Part shown: piece after piece, positions 52,880 through 62,976 of the stretch
Position numbering within the stretch: position 1 is the first letter of the stretch
How the letters are laid out: every line of letters starts with the position of its first letter
Source: a bacterium
GTDB lineage: Bacteria; UBA8248
Direction of reading: 5' to 3'
Length of the DNA: 64,000 bases
Assembly (NCBI GenBank): GCA_965213685.1
Contig: CBDBZY010000043.1
Location: 64,001 to 128,000 of the forward strand
Notes under the pieces: model-generated
The model's input: the letters and a program-made list of their open reading frames with translations, nothing else
Told to the model about the DNA's origin: nothing
The model's database searches: none
Program-made: the position numbers and the translations under genes

Positions 52880-53632
52880 ATGAAAATCGATTTGACCGGA
52901 AAAGTGGCGCTGGTCACCGGCGGCGGCCGGGGGATTGGCCGCGCCTGCTGCGCGTCCCTGGCCGAGGCGGGCGCTTCGGTGGCGATCAACTACAGCCGCT
53001 CGGCCGACGCCGCCGAGGAAGTCCGGGAGCGGATCGAGGCGGCCGGCGGCAGGGCGATCACCTGCCGGGCCGACGTCTCCTCCCTCGAGGATGCGACGGC
53101 GATGTTCGAGAAGGTGAAGGCGGCCTTCGGCACGCTCGACATTCTGGTCAACAACGCGGGCGTGATCCACGACGCCCTGCTGCTCACCATGAAGCCCGCC
53201 GGCTGGCGGAAGGTCATCGGCGTGAGCCTCGACGGCGCCTACCACTGCACGAAGCTGGCCTGCGAGGTGATGCTCCGCAAACGCTCCGGCAAGGTGATCA
53301 GCATCTCCTCGGTCGCGGGCGTCTCGGGCGGGGGCGGCCAGACGAACTACGCCTCCGCCAAGGCGGGCCTCATCGCCTTCATGCGCGCCTGCGCCGCCGA
53401 GATGGGGAAGCGCGGCATACAGTTCAACGCCGTTTTGCCGGGCCTCATCGTCACCGACATGAGCGAGCGGGTGCGCAATCGGGCGGCGGAGGCGATTCTG
53501 GGGCGCATCCCGGCGGGCCGCTTCGGCGAGCCGGAGGACGTGGCCAGGCTCGTGGTGTTCCTGGCCTCGCCGGAGTCCGATTACATCAATGGCCAGGCGA
53601 TAGCCGTGGACGGCGGCCTGCTCACCGGCTGA
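52880..53632 (+). CDS. fabG: 3-oxoacyl-ACP reductase
   Basis: TGGGRGIG, NNAG, GQTNYASAK and IPAGRFG. Confidence 0.88.
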   Translation: MKIDLTGKVALVTGGGRGIGRACCASLAEAGASVAINYSRSADAAEEVRERIEAAGGRAITCRADVSSLEDATAMFEKVKAAFGTLDILVNNAGVIHDALLLTMKPAGWRKVIGVSLDGAYHCTKLACEVMLRKRSGKVISISSVAGVSGGGGQTNYASAKAGLIAFMRACAAEMGKRGIQFNAVLPGLIVTDMSERVRNRAAEAILGRIPAGRFGEPEDVARLVVFLASPESDYINGQAIAVDGGLLTG

Positions 53633-53663
53633 GGCCGGGGGCTTGTTGTCGGGGGATGGGAGA

Positions 53664-54086
53664 ATGCGGCTGTATCAGGGGGTGGACCTGGTGGAGGTGG
53701 AGCGTTTGCGGGAAAGCCTATGAGCGCCACGATGCGTTTCGGCTGGACGTCCTTCACGGAGGCCGAGTGCGCGTACTGCCTCGGGCACCGGAATCCGTAT
53801 CCGCATTTTCGCCGCCCGCTTCGCGGCGAAAGAGGCGTGCCTCAAGGCCTTCGGCCTCGGCCTCTCGGGTCCCGGCGGGCTGGGCGGACGGGGCCGCCTC
53901 CGCGAGATCGAGGTGGCGTCGGCGCCATCGGGCAAGCCCACCCTGCAGCTGAGCGGATCGATGAAGCGCATGAGCGCGCGAAGGGGGATCGTCCAATCCA
54001 CCATCTCCCTCAGCCACACCCTGGAGCTGGCGGTGGCCCAGGTGATCCTGATGGGAGAGGGCGCGCCGGGGGAGTCGCGCGGCTAG
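53664..54086 (+). CDS. acpS: Holo-ACP synthase, with about 3 apparent indels
   Basis: Stitched frames: GVDLVEVERL / FTEAECAYC / AARFAAKEACLKAFG...SGKP...ISLSH. Confidence 0.8.
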
Positions 54087-54154
54087 GATTGCGCGCGGCC
54101 GCAGACGGGAGGCGTCCGGTGCGGGCCGGGCGTCCTGGGGGGGGAGTCGTTCGT

Positions 54155-54607
54155 TTGCGATATATGCTGGTGGACAGGGTGATGGAGTGGGAGGCGGGAG
54201 AATCCATCCAGGGGCTGAAGAACATCACCATGAGCGAGGATTTTCTGGCGTTTCACTTTCCGCGCTTTCCCGTCATGCCGGGGGCGCTGATATTCGAGGG
54301 CCTCGTCCAGCTCGCCGGCTGGCTCGAGGCGGCCGGCTCGGATTTCACGAGATGGATTCTCCTGGAAAAGGTGCGCGGCATCAAATACTATGGGTTTGCC
54401 TTTCCGGGCGATCAGGTTGTCCTGCGGGTAGAGGCGCGGGGGACGGAAGGCGGATGGAAGAACTTCCGGGGGCTGGCCACCGTGGAGGGGGAGCGCCGGG
54501 TGGTCGTCGATTTTGGCGGAAAGGTGGTGGCACTCGCGGATTATGAGGACCCCGAGGAGCAGCGTCACCATTTTCGGATCCTCAGCCGTGAGATTCGGCT
54601 GAACTAG
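54155..54607 (+). CDS. FabZ-like dehydratase 2
   Basis: RYMLVDRV and KNITMSEDFLAFHFPRFPVMPGALIFE. Confidence 0.87.
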   Translation: MRYMLVDRVMEWEAGESIQGLKNITMSEDFLAFHFPRFPVMPGALIFEGLVQLAGWLEAAGSDFTRWILLEKVRGIKYYGFAFPGDQVVLRVEARGTEGGWKNFRGLATVEGERRVVVDFGGKVVALADYEDPEEQRHHFRILSREIRLN

Positions 54608-54619
54608 GCGGAATCCTCG

Positions 54620-55920
54620 ATGAAGGGCAGAGAGGTCTGGATCACGGGGGTGGGGCTGCTCACCTCGCTGGGCGGAAGCGCCGCGGAGAACTGGAGCGCG
54701 CTTCGCGCCGGCAGAAGCGGCGTCGCAACTCATCGAGACGAGGCGAGCGAATCCCTGCCGGAGAATTTCCTCTGCCACGCCCGCGTCGCCGGACATGAGG
54801 ACCCGCCCGAGACGCCGCCGAGGCTCGCGAGCCAGAGAAAATTCCTGAACAGGAGCTCCATCCTGGGGCTTCACGCGGCCCGGGAGGCGGGTGACGGGCG
54901 CCGGCCTCGACATGGCGTCGGTGGCACCAGAGAGAAAAGCCCTCTACGTGGGCTCCGGCGATTTCACGCGCGTGGGCCATGTGGATTTCTACGACGCCGT
55001 GGAGCGGACGGCCGGCAAGTCCTGGGGCTTCCCGGAGGCCGCCGCCCTCAATGAGGCGGCCCTCCACAGGGGTGAACCCCTTTTTCCTGCTCGAGGGCCT
55101 CCCCAACAATCTTTTCAGCTATCTCGCGGCCATGTATGAACTGATGGGGCCGAACGGCAGCTTCTCCAGCCTCTCCCCTTGCGGTGCGCAGGCACTGGAG
55201 AGCTGCGAGCGCGTCCTCCGCCTCGGGGAGGCCGACGTCGGCCTGGTCGTGGGCTGCGCGAGCTGGGCGCATCCCCTGGTGCTTCTGGAGCTCGACGGCC
55301 TGGGGATTCTCTCCCGGGCGAAGGATGGGGCGGCCTCGTTCCGGCCTTTTGACAGGAGGCGCGACGGGTTCTTCACCGGCGAGGGGGGAGCCGCTCTGCT
55401 CCTGGAGGCCGCGGAATGCGCCATGGAGCGGGGCGCGCAGCCCTTGGGCCGCGTCCTCGGGGTGGCGAATTGCCAGGAGTCCGCACCGGGTCGCTACATC
55501 CCGGTTCCCGCCGCCGCGGTCGGCTTCTCAGCGGAATCGGCCCTGGCCGAGGCGGGTCTCGCACCCGATGATCTCGCCTTCGTCCTCCCCCACGGAAGCG
55601 GGACGCCGAGGGGGGACGCGGGCGAGTTGTCCGCCCTGCTGGTGCTGCAGGAGAAGGCCGAGGACGCGATCCCGATCGCCGGCTGGAAGCCCTATACGGG
55701 CCATATGGGCTCCGCGAGCGACCTGGGGGAGATCGTGCTGGGGCTCTCCGCCCTGAAAGATGGGCGTCTTCCGCCCACGCCGGGCCTCGACGGGAAAGAC
55801 GACGCTTTCGGCCCCTTGCACATCCCTGTGGAGGAATGCGCCGTCGCGGGGGGGGCGTTCCTCTCCCTGAGCCACGGCATCGGCGGCCAATCCTCCGCAA
55901 TCGTCGTCGCCGCGCAGTGA
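54620..55920 (+). CDS. Fourth ketosynthase-like protein, atypical active site, 2 apparent frameshifts (about 54890 and 55070)
   Basis: VWITGVGLLTSLG...; RPFDRRRDGF, PHGSGT and KPYTGH; SSLSPCG stands where SACAAG is expected. Confidence 0.75.
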
Positions 55921-56912
55921 ACGAACCCGCAAGGCGGAAAAAGAGGAAGCGCAGCAAGGACAAGGGCGCGTTGCGCCAGTGGGCGGAGTATGCGCTGCTC
56001 GTTTCGCTGCTGTCGGCGATTCGCCTGATGCCCTACGGGGTTTGCCGGGCGGTTTCCGCCATGGCGGGCGATGCGGTTTTTCGCCTCGTTCCGAGGAGGA
56101 GGCGCGTCGCGTGCGCCAACCTCCGCATCGCGTTCCCCGAGCTGGACGAGGCGGAGCGCCTGGTTCTGGCGAGGCGCAGCTGCCGCTCGTTCATCCTGAC
56201 GTGTCTGGAGGGGGCGAAATTTCTCGCCCGCTTCGAGCCCCGGCGGGCCAGGGAGTTGATGCGGGAGACCGTGGACGGGGCGGAGGAGATGCTGAAACGC
56301 GCGCGCGCGGCGCATGAGGACGCGCGCGGGTGCGTGTTTGTCGTGCCGCATCTGGGAAACTGGGAGTGCCTCGCCCACGCCGGTGCGTTGGCGGGGATTC
56401 CGCTGACCATTCCGGTGCGGCCCCTGGACAACCGAAAGCTCGAGGACGCACTCTACGGGATGCGCGCATCCTCCGGACAGAGGATCATCTCCAAGAAAAA
56501 CGCTTTCTTCCACCTGCGCGAAGCCCTGCACAAGGGGCGTTCGGTGGCGATTCTGGCGGATCAGAACGCGGGTGCGGAGGGCATAGACGCGCCGTTTTTC
56601 GGCCGGGTGGCCAGCACGACGCCCGCACCCGCCGCCCTGGCGATTCTCTACAACCGGCCCATCGTCCTGATCGCGTGCCTCAGGAAGGGGGAGGGCCGGC
56701 GCTACGAGGCCTTCCTCGGCGGGCCGATAGCCCCCGACGTGGACGCGCGAAGCGCGAAAGAGGAGATCAGGCGGCTCACGAGGCTGGTGAACGAGGAGAC
56801 GGAAAACCTGATTCGCAAGGCGCCGGAGCAGTACCTATGGATTCATGATCGCTGGAAACTCACCAAGGGCGGAGGCGGGAGGCGCCCCGGATGGGCGGAC
56901 GATGGCGCCTGA
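55917..56912 (+). CDS. LpxL/HtrB-family lipid A/lysophospholipid acyltransferase
   Basis: NLRIAFPE, HLGNWE, ILADQN, PFFG and PEQYLWIHDRWK. Confidence 0.9.
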   Translation: MNEPARRKKRKRSKDKGALRQWAEYALLVSLLSAIRLMPYGVCRAVSAMAGDAVFRLVPRRRRVACANLRIAFPELDEAERLVLARRSCRSFILTCLEGAKFLARFEPRRARELMRETVDGAEEMLKRARAAHEDARGCVFVVPHLGNWECLAHAGALAGIPLTIPVRPLDNRKLEDALYGMRASSGQRIISKKNAFFHLREALHKGRSVAILADQNAGAEGIDAPFFGRVASTTPAPAALAILYNRPIVLIACLRKGEGRRYEAFLGGPIAPDVDARSAKEEIRRLTRLVNEETENLIRKAPEQYLWIHDRWKLTKGGGGRRPGWADDGA

Positions 56913-56946
56913 GGCGGGCGTCCGTCAAGGGCCGCGGAGAGGGCGG

Positions 56947-57348
56947 CTAGGGGGGCGGCGATGCCGATTGTTGCTTCAGGCACTCGAGGAAGGGCGCGCC
57001 CAGCTTCTCCAGCTTCGCCTCGAGCTTCTCCGTGCAGTCGCAATCGCCGCAAACGGGATACCCCTCGCAGGCTTCCGGATTTCGGGCGAAGCGCACGTCG
57101 ATCCGCTCGAAATACGCCTCCCAGTAGGGCAGCTCCTCGCACAGCTCATAGCCCGGCCCGAACGCCTCTCGGCAGTAGCAGACCTCGAGCCAGCGCACCT
57201 CGCCCCCCTCCGTGAGCCTGGCCTCTTTCATGCACTTCAGAAAACTCTCGTGCGCGATGGAGCCGCGCCCGAGCGCACCAGTTTCGATGGCCTCGAGCAG
57301 GGCGGCGCTTTTGCCCGGGATCACTTTTCCGCGCACCAGGTATCGCAT
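56947..57348 (-). CDS. Cys-rich hypothetical protein
   Basis: GGAGGG RBS; EVCYC...EELPYWEAYF...CEGYPVCGDCDCT. Confidence 0.7.
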   Translation of the reverse strand: MRYLVRGKVIPGKSAALLEAIETGALGRGSIAHESFLKCMKEARLTEGGEVRWLEVCYCREAFGPGYELCEELPYWEAYFERIDVRFARNPEACEGYPVCGDCDCTEKLEAKLEKLGAPFLECLKQQSASPPP

Positions 57349-57475
57349 CGATCCTCCCTCCGCATCATTTTCACCCGCAAGCCGCTTCATTGTAACATGG
57401 TTGGCACCGTTCCTGTATAGATGGGGCGGGCGTCCGCGCCAGGGCGTGGGGCCAGGGATGAACCCGGGAGCCGGT

Positions 57476-58957
57476 ATGGAGAAGCCAATCCGCGTCGCCA
57501 TGGCGGCGAGCGAGATGTTCCCCTTCGCCAAGACGGGCGGACTCGGGGACGTCATCGGCGCGCTTCCGCTCGCTCTGGGGCGCATGGGCCACGAGGTTTC
57601 CGTGTATCTGCCCGCGTATCGCTCCATCCTCCGGGAATATGCGCCGCCGCTGTCCGCCCAGGTTCCGGACCTGTTCGCCGATGCGCGCTACGAGATATTC
57701 TCGCTCGGGCATCAGGGGGTCGTCGTCCACCTCGTCGCCGCCGACGCGCTGTTCGATAGAGACGGATTCTACGGGGATGCGGGCGGGGCGTTCGCCGACA
57801 ACGCCGAGCGCTTCGCCCGCTTCGCGCGCGGTGCGCTCTCTCACATGGCGGGGGAGGAGGCGCGCCCCTCCCTCATCCATTGCCACGACTGGCAGACCGC
57901 CCTGGTGCCGCCCCTGTTGCGGCTCTCGGGCGATGGGGGCTGGCGGGAGGTGGCCACCGTGTTCACCATCCACAATCTGGCGTATCAGGGAAGGTTTCAA
58001 AAGGCGGATTTCGCATACGCCTGCCTGCCCGACGGGGCGATGGACATCGAGGGCCTGGAGTTTCATGGCGACGTGAACTTCATGAAGGGCGGCATTTTGT
58101 TCAGCGACGCGCTCTCCACTGTGAGCCCGCGATATGCGCGGGAGATGCGGACGAAAGAGCAGGGCGAGGGGTTGGAGGGCGTGGTCGCCCGAAGGCTGCC
58201 CGCGCTGTTCGGGATCATGAACGGGATTGACGACGCGGTCTGGAACCCGGAGAGCGACCCCCATATCCCCGCCGCGTTCTCGCGTGCGCTTCCAGAGGGA
58301 AAAGCGCGGTGCCGCTCGGCGTTGCGGGCGGAGTTGGGGCTGGGCGCGGGCGTCGGCGGACCGCTGTGCGTCCTGATCTCGCGGCTGGCGTTTCAGAAGG
58401 GCGTCGACCTCCTGCTCGAAACCCTGGATGGGCTGATGGGCCTGGGGGCGGACCTGGCCGTTCTGGGTACCGGCGAGCGGGAGTGGGAGGCGGCCCTGGG
58501 CGCGGCCGCCGCCAGGCACCGGGGCCGGATGGCGTTCGTATCCGCTTATGACGAGGGGCTCGCGCACCGGATGTACGCGGGCGGCGACGTCTTGCTCATG
58601 CCCTCGCGCTACGAGCCTTCGGGACTGAACCAGCTCTACGCCATGCGCTACGGCACCCTGCCCTACGTGCGGCGGGTGGGGGGCCTCGCGGATTCGGTGC
58701 GCTCCTCCGTCCCGCCCGACCCGGACGCGGACACCGGCTTTCATTTCGATGCGTTCGCCGCCCCGGATTTCCTCGCCGGCATGGAGAGGGTTTGCCGCGC
58801 GTTTTGGGATCAGGGGGCATGGCGTATGATGGTCCGCAACGCCATGCGGCAGAGATTCGGCTGGGACGAGGTGGCGCCTCGCTACGTTGATTTGTACGAG
58901 AGGGCGATGCGCTTGCGGGCGGGTGGAGGCGAGCCGGCCGGAAAGGGGGCGAGTTGA
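57476..58957 (+). CDS. glgA: Glycogen synthase
   Basis: KTGGLGDV, HCHDWQT, FTIHNLAYQG, QKGVDL and MPSRYEPSGLNQ. Confidence 0.95.
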   Translation: MEKPIRVAMAASEMFPFAKTGGLGDVIGALPLALGRMGHEVSVYLPAYRSILREYAPPLSAQVPDLFADARYEIFSLGHQGVVVHLVAADALFDRDGFYGDAGGAFADNAERFARFARGALSHMAGEEARPSLIHCHDWQTALVPPLLRLSGDGGWREVATVFTIHNLAYQGRFQKADFAYACLPDGAMDIEGLEFHGDVNFMKGGILFSDALSTVSPRYAREMRTKEQGEGLEGVVARRLPALFGIMNGIDDAVWNPESDPHIPAAFSRALPEGKARCRSALRAELGLGAGVGGPLCVLISRLAFQKGVDLLLETLDGLMGLGADLAVLGTGEREWEAALGAAAARHRGRMAFVSAYDEGLAHRMYAGGDVLLMPSRYEPSGLNQLYAMRYGTLPYVRRVGGLADSVRSSVPPDPDADTGFHFDAFAAPDFLAGMERVCRAFWDQGAWRMMVRNAMRQRFGWDEVAPRYVDLYERAMRLRAGGGEPAGKGAS

Positions 58958-60183
58958 ATCCACGTGAGCCTCGAAGCCTGGCCTTCGTCATGGCGGGCGG
59001 CGCCGGAAGCAGGCTGCGCCCCCTGACGGTCGCCCGCGGCAAGCCCGCCGTGCCTTTCGGGTCAAAATACCGCATCATCGATTTCGTGCTCAGCAATCTG
59101 GTGAACTCGGACTATCAGTCCATCTACGTGCTGGTGCAGTATCTGGCGCAATCCCTGATCGATCATCTGCGGATATCCTGGAACATCAGCGGGCCGCTGG
59201 CGAGGAGTTTCGTGACGGCCGTTCCGCCGCAGCAGCGCTCCGGGGAGTTCTGGTTCAAGGGGACGGCGGATTCCATCCATCAGAACAGAAACCTGGTGAC
59301 CGACCACGCGCCCGACATCGTTCTGGTGTTCGGGGCGGACCACATCTACCGCATGGACGTGCGGCAGATGGTCCGGTTTCATCTCGAACGCGGGGCGGAC
59401 GCGACGATATCGGCTCTGCCGGCGCCCCTCGAGGAGGCCCGCGAGTTCGGCGTGCTGGCCGTGGACCGGGAGGGGCGGGTGGAGCGCTTCGACGAGAAGC
59501 CCGCGAACCCTCGGCCCACGCCGGACGACTCCTCGCGCGCGCTTTGCTCCATGGGGAATTACGTGTTCTCCGCCAACGTGCTGATGGACGCGCTCATCAG
59601 CGACGCGGCGCGGGAGGGGGAGCACGACTTCGGGCGCACCATCATCCCCGCCCTGCTGGGCGAGCGCAAGAAGATGTACGCCTATGATTTTCTGACCAAC
59701 GAGGTTCCCGGATTGAAGGCGACCGAGGAGAGGGGCTACTGGCGCGACGTGGGAACCATCCGCACCTATTGGGAAACGCAGATGGACCTGCTGGGCGAGG
59801 CCCCGCGCCTGGATTTGAGCAATCCGGAGTGGCCGATACGCACCGGCGCCTATCCGGGGCCCGGCAGCCGCATCATATCCACGCGGGTGGAGAACGCCCT
59901 CGTTGGGGAGGGGTGCCAGATTGTGGGCGCGCGGATTGAGCGTTCCGTCATCGGCCGCGGCGTGGTGATCGCCCGGGGGGCGGAGATCGCGGACTCCGTC
60001 GTCATGGATCACTCCTATATCGGGCCCGGCGCCAGGCTGCGGAAGGCGATTGTCGACCGGTTCAACCGGATCGAGGCGGGAGCCTGCGTGACGGAGGGGC
60101 GCGCGGGGGACTTTCCCGGCTCGGTGTCCGACCCCTCGGGCATCATCGTGCTGCCTCGCGGGTTCACCCGGCCCGTCATATAG
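58954..60183 (+). CDS. glgC: Glucose-1-phosphate adenylyltransferase
   Basis: MAGGAGSRLRPLT, KPAVPFG, GTADSI, ADHIYRMD, SMGNY, HDFG and YWRDVGT. Confidence 0.95.
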   Translation: MNPREPRSLAFVMAGGAGSRLRPLTVARGKPAVPFGSKYRIIDFVLSNLVNSDYQSIYVLVQYLAQSLIDHLRISWNISGPLARSFVTAVPPQQRSGEFWFKGTADSIHQNRNLVTDHAPDIVLVFGADHIYRMDVRQMVRFHLERGADATISALPAPLEEAREFGVLAVDREGRVERFDEKPANPRPTPDDSSRALCSMGNYVFSANVLMDALISDAAREGEHDFGRTIIPALLGERKKMYAYDFLTNEVPGLKATEERGYWRDVGTIRTYWETQMDLLGEAPRLDLSNPEWPIRTGAYPGPGSRIISTRVENALVGEGCQIVGARIERSVIGRGVVIARGAEIADSVVMDHSYIGPGARLRKAIVDRFNRIEAGACVTEGRAGDFPGSVSDPSGIIVLPRGFTRPVI

Positions 60184-60187
60184 CCCG

Positions 60188-61696
60188 ATGCGACTGGCGG
60201 ACATCAGGGCGCGGGCGGAGGCCTTTCTCGTCGAGTCGCGCAGGGAGTGGTATGAGGTCGGAGCGGGCCTGAAAAAAGAGGCGCGCCTGCGCGAGATTTT
60301 CGCCAGGTACGCCGACCTTTTTTCGCACGAGAACGTCGAAACCCTCCGGAAGCTAGCCGGCTCCGCCGACGATGGAGCGGAACGCGCGAGGCTGTCCGAG
60401 TTGCGCGGTTTTCTGACGTTCGGCGCGATACGCGACGCGCTCAAGGACTGGAGCGAGCAAGCGCTTCGCTTCGAGACCCGCGCCGTGGTGAAGACGGCGA
60501 CGGGCGAATCGGTTCCTTACCGCCAGAGCGCCGTCGTCCTGCTGAACGAGGCGAGCCGGCAGAGGCGCGTGTTTCTCGAAAACGCGCGTTCGGACGCCCT
60601 GGCGGAGAAGAACGTTTTTTTGGAGAACATGCACCGCATCACCCACCAGATGGCGGAGAGGCTGGGCTTCGATGGCTATCTGGGGATGATGGCGGTGCTG
60701 AAGCGCTATCCGCTGGACCCCGTTCGGGAGGAGATGCGCCGCTTCCTCGGGCGCACGGAGGCTCTTTACGCTGATGCGATGGAGGGGACGCTGCGGCGGG
60801 CGGGCATCCCCGTCGCATCCGCGCAGCGCCACGACGCCCTCCATTGTTTTCGGGGCGCGGCGTTCGACCGCCTCTTCCCGGCGGATGCAATCGTGGCGTC
60901 GGCCCGGCGGATTTGCGGGGCGATGGGCCTCGACCTGCTGGCGGGGGGCAAGGTGCGCCTCGACATCGACGAGCGCCCGCTGAAGAGTCCCCGCGCGTTT
61001 TGCGCCTCCGTGCGCGTCCCGGAGGAGGTGTACCTCGTCGTCCGGCCCCGCGGCGGGCATGACGATTACCGCGCGTTCTGGCACGAGCTGGGCCACGCCC
61101 TGCATTTCGCCCACGCCTCGGCGGACGCGGACTTTGAATCCAGGCGCCTCGGCGACAACTCCGTGACCGAGGGATTCGCCATGCTCTTCGACCACCTGCT
61201 GCTCGACCCGCTCTGGCTCGCGGACGCCCTCGGCGGGGAGGCGTCCGACTACGCGGCGTTCCTGCGCCACCACGCGCTGTCCGAGTTGTATATGCTGCGG
61301 CGCTACGCCGCGAAGGTGGACTATGAACTCAAGCTCCATCAGGGCGCGGAACTCGCTGGCAAGGGCGAGGCGTATCAGGAGAAGCTGGGCGCGGCGACGA
61401 TGGTGGAGTTTCCCAGCGCCTCCTATCTCGACGACGTGGACCCGTTTTTCTACTGCGCGAACTACCTGCGGGCGTGGATGCTGCAAGCCCAGACGGCGGA
61501 AGTTCTGCGAACGAGGTTTGGCGGGAGATGGTGGGCCAGCGAAGGAAGCGGCGGGTTCCTGAGAGACCTGTGGCGGGACGGACAGCGCCACGACGGGGAC
61601 TCCCTCTCCCGCCATCTCGGCTATCGGCGGCTGACCACAGAGCCGCTCGAGGCGCAAATCAGAAGTTTGATGGCGCATCCGAACGGGAGGGGATGA
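60188..61696 (+). CDS. M3/gluzincin-like metallopeptidase
   Basis: KSPRAFC, HELGHALH and a downstream EGFA third ligand. Confidence 0.72.
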   Translation: MRLADIRARAEAFLVESRREWYEVGAGLKKEARLREIFARYADLFSHENVETLRKLAGSADDGAERARLSELRGFLTFGAIRDALKDWSEQALRFETRAVVKTATGESVPYRQSAVVLLNEASRQRRVFLENARSDALAEKNVFLENMHRITHQMAERLGFDGYLGMMAVLKRYPLDPVREEMRRFLGRTEALYADAMEGTLRRAGIPVASAQRHDALHCFRGAAFDRLFPADAIVASARRICGAMGLDLLAGGKVRLDIDERPLKSPRAFCASVRVPEEVYLVVRPRGGHDDYRAFWHELGHALHFAHASADADFESRRLGDNSVTEGFAMLFDHLLLDPLWLADALGGEASDYAAFLRHHALSELYMLRRYAAKVDYELKLHQGAELAGKGEAYQEKLGAATMVEFPSASYLDDVDPFFYCANYLRAWMLQAQTAEVLRTRFGGRWWASEGSGGFLRDLWRDGQRHDGDSLSRHLGYRRLTTEPLEAQIRSLMAHPNGRG

Positions 61697-61813
61697 CGGC
61701 GCGGCCCCTCTCCGGAGGCCGCCTCCCGGCGCGCGCCGCATGACGGCGGAGGGGAGGGGGCTCCGTCCGCGCGATACAGGGCGCCGACGGCCCGCGCTCT
61801 CCCCCGTCGCGCG

Positions 61814-62872
61814 CTACAGCGCGACCGGCTTGCGCTCCCGGCAGGAGCGATCCGCCGCCATGGTCAGTGCCAGCACCTGCCGGGCGTGCGCGCCCGTGGC
61901 GAGTCCCACGCCGCCCATGCCCAGGATGTGGCGCACGAAGGCGTCGGTCTCCTCCTTCATGGGGCCAAAGAACTCGCCCATCACGAAGTCTCCCGGCATG
62001 GCGGAGCCCAGGAAGGCGACGTTCACCTGGTGCTCGGGCGTGTAGGGGCAGGGGATGGCCTCCTCGGGCGCCAGAATGACGTCGCGGTGCGCGTCGTCGA
62101 CGTTCAGGGATCCTTTTGTGCCCTGCAGGTCAATCTCCATCGTCGCCGTATAGGCGGGCCAGTGGTGGGGCGGAAGCCAGCTCGTGCCCAGCGTGGCCAC
62201 GCTCCCGTCGTCGAAGGTGACGATCATCCACTGAAAATCGTCGCGCCCGTATTTTCGGAAGACGAAGCTCGCCGAGCGGGCGTAGACCTCGACGGGCTTT
62301 TTCCCCTCCATATACCAGAGGATGAGGTCGACCATGTAGGTGAGCGTGTTGATGGAGGGCGTGGTGTTGGGCGAGCGCCTCGCCACCGCCTCGCCCACGG
62401 CGCGCGTCACGTAAATCTTTCCGAGCGCCATCACGATGTCGCCGAGCTGCCCGGCGAACGCCGCCTGCTTCGCGAGGAGAAAGCGCCTTCGGTAGCGCTG
62501 GGTGTAGCCCACGAAAATCTCGGCGCCGGACCTCTCGGCTTTCGTCAGAATGTCGTCCGCCTCGTCCAGATCGAGGACGAAGGGCTTCTCGATGAGCGCG
62601 GGCTTGCCGAGATCGGCCGCCAGCGCCGCCGGCCCGTGGTGGAACTCCTCGTCCGAGGAGACGATGACGGCGCCCACCCGCTCGTCGCGTATCGCCTCCT
62701 CGTATTTTTCCGTCGCCACGTCGGCGCGGACGGATTCCGCTAGGCGGTCGAGCTTCTCGGGCACGATGTCGCACACCGCCAGATAGTCCACCTGGGGAAT
62801 TTGCGCGCACGAATGCGCCCGGAGCGTTCCGATGCCACCGGCGCCGATGACGGCGACTCCTGTCGTTTTCAC
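61814..62872 (-). CDS. Gfo/Idh/MocA family oxidoreductase
   Basis: VAVIGAGGIG, LIEKP and VGYTQRY; GAGGAG RBS before the GTG. Confidence 0.88.
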   Translation of the reverse strand: MKTTGVAVIGAGGIGTLRAHSCAQIPQVDYLAVCDIVPEKLDRLAESVRADVATEKYEEAIRDERVGAVIVSSDEEFHHGPAALAADLGKPALIEKPFVLDLDEADDILTKAERSGAEIFVGYTQRYRRRFLLAKQAAFAGQLGDIVMALGKIYVTRAVGEAVARRSPNTTPSINTLTYMVDLILWYMEGKKPVEVYARSASFVFRKYGRDDFQWMIVTFDDGSVATLGTSWLPPHHWPAYTATMEIDLQGTKGSLNVDDAHRDVILAPEEAIPCPYTPEHQVNVAFLGSAMPGDFVMGEFFGPMKEETDAFVRHILGMGGVGLATGAHARQVLALTMAADRSCRERKPVAL

Positions 62873-62976
62873 TGTCGTCTCCTCATAGAATGTATCTAAT
62901 GTATCGGTTGCGTCCGCCCCGCGCGGGCGGAATAATCCCCGTATCTCCAGTCCCCATCGCATACCGGGAGTAGCCC

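Noticed and set aside
47161-56912. Calling the cluster aryl polyene or ladderane
   Set aside because: The diagnostic accessory genes are absent (AMP-ligase, methyltransferase, glycosyltransferase and MMPL/LolA for aryl polyene; radical SAM for ladderane).
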